Below are positions 62,683-64,000 of a stretch of DNA of 64,000 nt, piece after piece. Under the pieces are notes generated by a model. That model was not told the origin of the DNA. It saw nothing but the letters and a program-made list of their open reading frames with translations, and did no database searches. The stretch's first letter is position 1; each line of letters starts with the position of its first letter. Origin of the DNA: Lama guanicoe (Eukaryota). Made by a program: the position numbers and the translations under genes. The stretch spans positions 16,608,373 through 16,672,372 of the forward strand of contig MU053881.1 in assembly GCA_013239625.1 (NCBI GenBank), written 5' to 3'.

Positions 62683-64000
62683 AAGACATCCGGTCTTAAA
62701 CTGGCTGTTGTAACAGCCCAGACAGACTAATACAATATTTATAAATATATACATTTTTACGTATATATGTCATATATACTATACATACAAATTTTATATC
62801 ATGTGTATCAGTTGCATATATATAACATACACATATGTTGTACATATATAATATGCACATATATTATATACGTATACATTTTATAGAGAGAGAAGGAAAG
62901 AGTGAGAGAAGGGGAACACGGTAAATCGTTAGCGGTTTGTGAATCTGGGTGCAGGGTGTGTGTTATTTTAGTGATTTTTCTATAGGTTTCATATTTTTCA
63001 AAATAAAATGGTGCAAAAGCACAAAACAGAGCCTTGGTTCCCAGCCTCACCAAGCACAATTAAATCAGCTCTTTGGGTGTGAGTCGGGCACCAGGATTTT
63101 TGAAAGTGGCACGAGGCTTCAGAATGGGGGTTGGAAGTGACGTGGGAGCATCCTCAGTTACAGCAGGGGGCAGGGCAGGGGTCCTTCTCCAAGGGCCCCT
63201 GGGGGCGGGGATGCCAGGGGAGGGCATAAGGTGCAGGCGCGGGCCGAGGTCCGAGCTGTCCCTTCTCCGCCCCTCCTCCACCTCCCTAACCTTGGCAAGC
63301 TCATGTCCTGGTCTCTCTGCCTGGACCTCCTGAGAGCAGTGGTCACTCCATTTTGCAAAATTGGAAGGTGACAAACCTGGTGGCCACACACTGGGATGCT
63401 TCGCATGCCGGAGGGTGGAGAAACCCCGTCCCCGTGAGCCGTCACCCCCCACTCCACTCCCCCACACCTGGGCATCCTTCAGTCTGCTTCCTGTCTCTAT
63501 AGATTTGCCCCTTTGGGACATTTCATCGAAACAGAATCACACACTCTGTGGCCCTTCGTGTCTGGCTTTTTTCATCCAGCAGAACATTGTCCAGGTTTAT
63601 CTGTGATGCAGCATATATCAGTGCTTCATTCCTTTTTCTGGCTGGCCAAGTACGTTCTTTTTTTAAAATCAGGGCTTTGCTTATAGAAACACAAAGTGCT
63701 CTATTTGGCAAACATCAAACAATGTTTGGTTTTGTTTTGTTTTGTTTTTATCCCTTCCACAAATAGCTCAAAATGGACTCAGGCTGCCAAACATCACACA
63801 CTCCCCCATGCTTAACCACAGGCCCGTGGGTCTCCCGTTGAAGGGGTCCCAGGCTCGGGCATCCTTGGACGGCTCCCACAGGAATAACACTTTAATTAAA
63901 AAGTCTTCCAATGACAGACTTGAAATGTAAACTCTCAGGCAGCGAAGGTCCGGGCCGTGCCCGACATTCCAGGCCAGGCTCCTTGGAGCCCCGGCAGCCG

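Larger units (their letters stand above)
62027..62734 (+). mobile_element. MLT1B-like MaLR LTR (interrupted)
   Basis: tgccatgaactgaatgtttgtgtcccc...ccttgatcttggacttccagcttccagaact...cagactaataca. Confidence 0.75.
61150..63008 (+). mobile_element. Old L1MC/ME-like 3' end hosting the nested LTRs (pieces at about 61150-61499, 61860-62026, 62880-63008)
   Basis: Collinear degenerate L1 3' UTR motifs ending in tttttcaaaataaaa. Confidence 0.5.

Overview
Mammalian genomic DNA, probably camelid (inferred from short tRNA-Ala(AGC)-derived SINEs resembling Vic-1, with no Alu, B1 or Bov-A seen). It holds the 3' end of EPS15L1 on the + strand (DPF-repeat exon 1011-1216 and UIM-encoding last exon 6424-6570). 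Convergent to it is the complete three-exon KLF2 gene on the - strand (CDS 29330-29256, 29070-28233, 27725-27550; 362 aa) in a CpG island, with a TATA box and the MEF2-containing flow-response promoter element. The rest is intergenic DNA rich in old repeats (L1M, MLT1, MER20, MER53, MER58, MIR/L2) with several repeat-free islands carrying TF-motif clusters. Three observations stand out. (1) KLF2 intron 1 carries three antisense copies of an exon 2 coding segment, able to form a pre-mRNA duplex across the 3' splice site with an A-C mismatch at the Tyr74 codon. (2) A second copy of the KLF2 promoter composite CTTATATACC-N4-MEF2 lies about 24.6 kb upstream. (3) KLF2 has a pure (GGC)11 polyglycine tract. 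Repeat subfamily names and boundaries are by eye and approximate, and all functional claims are untested hypotheses.
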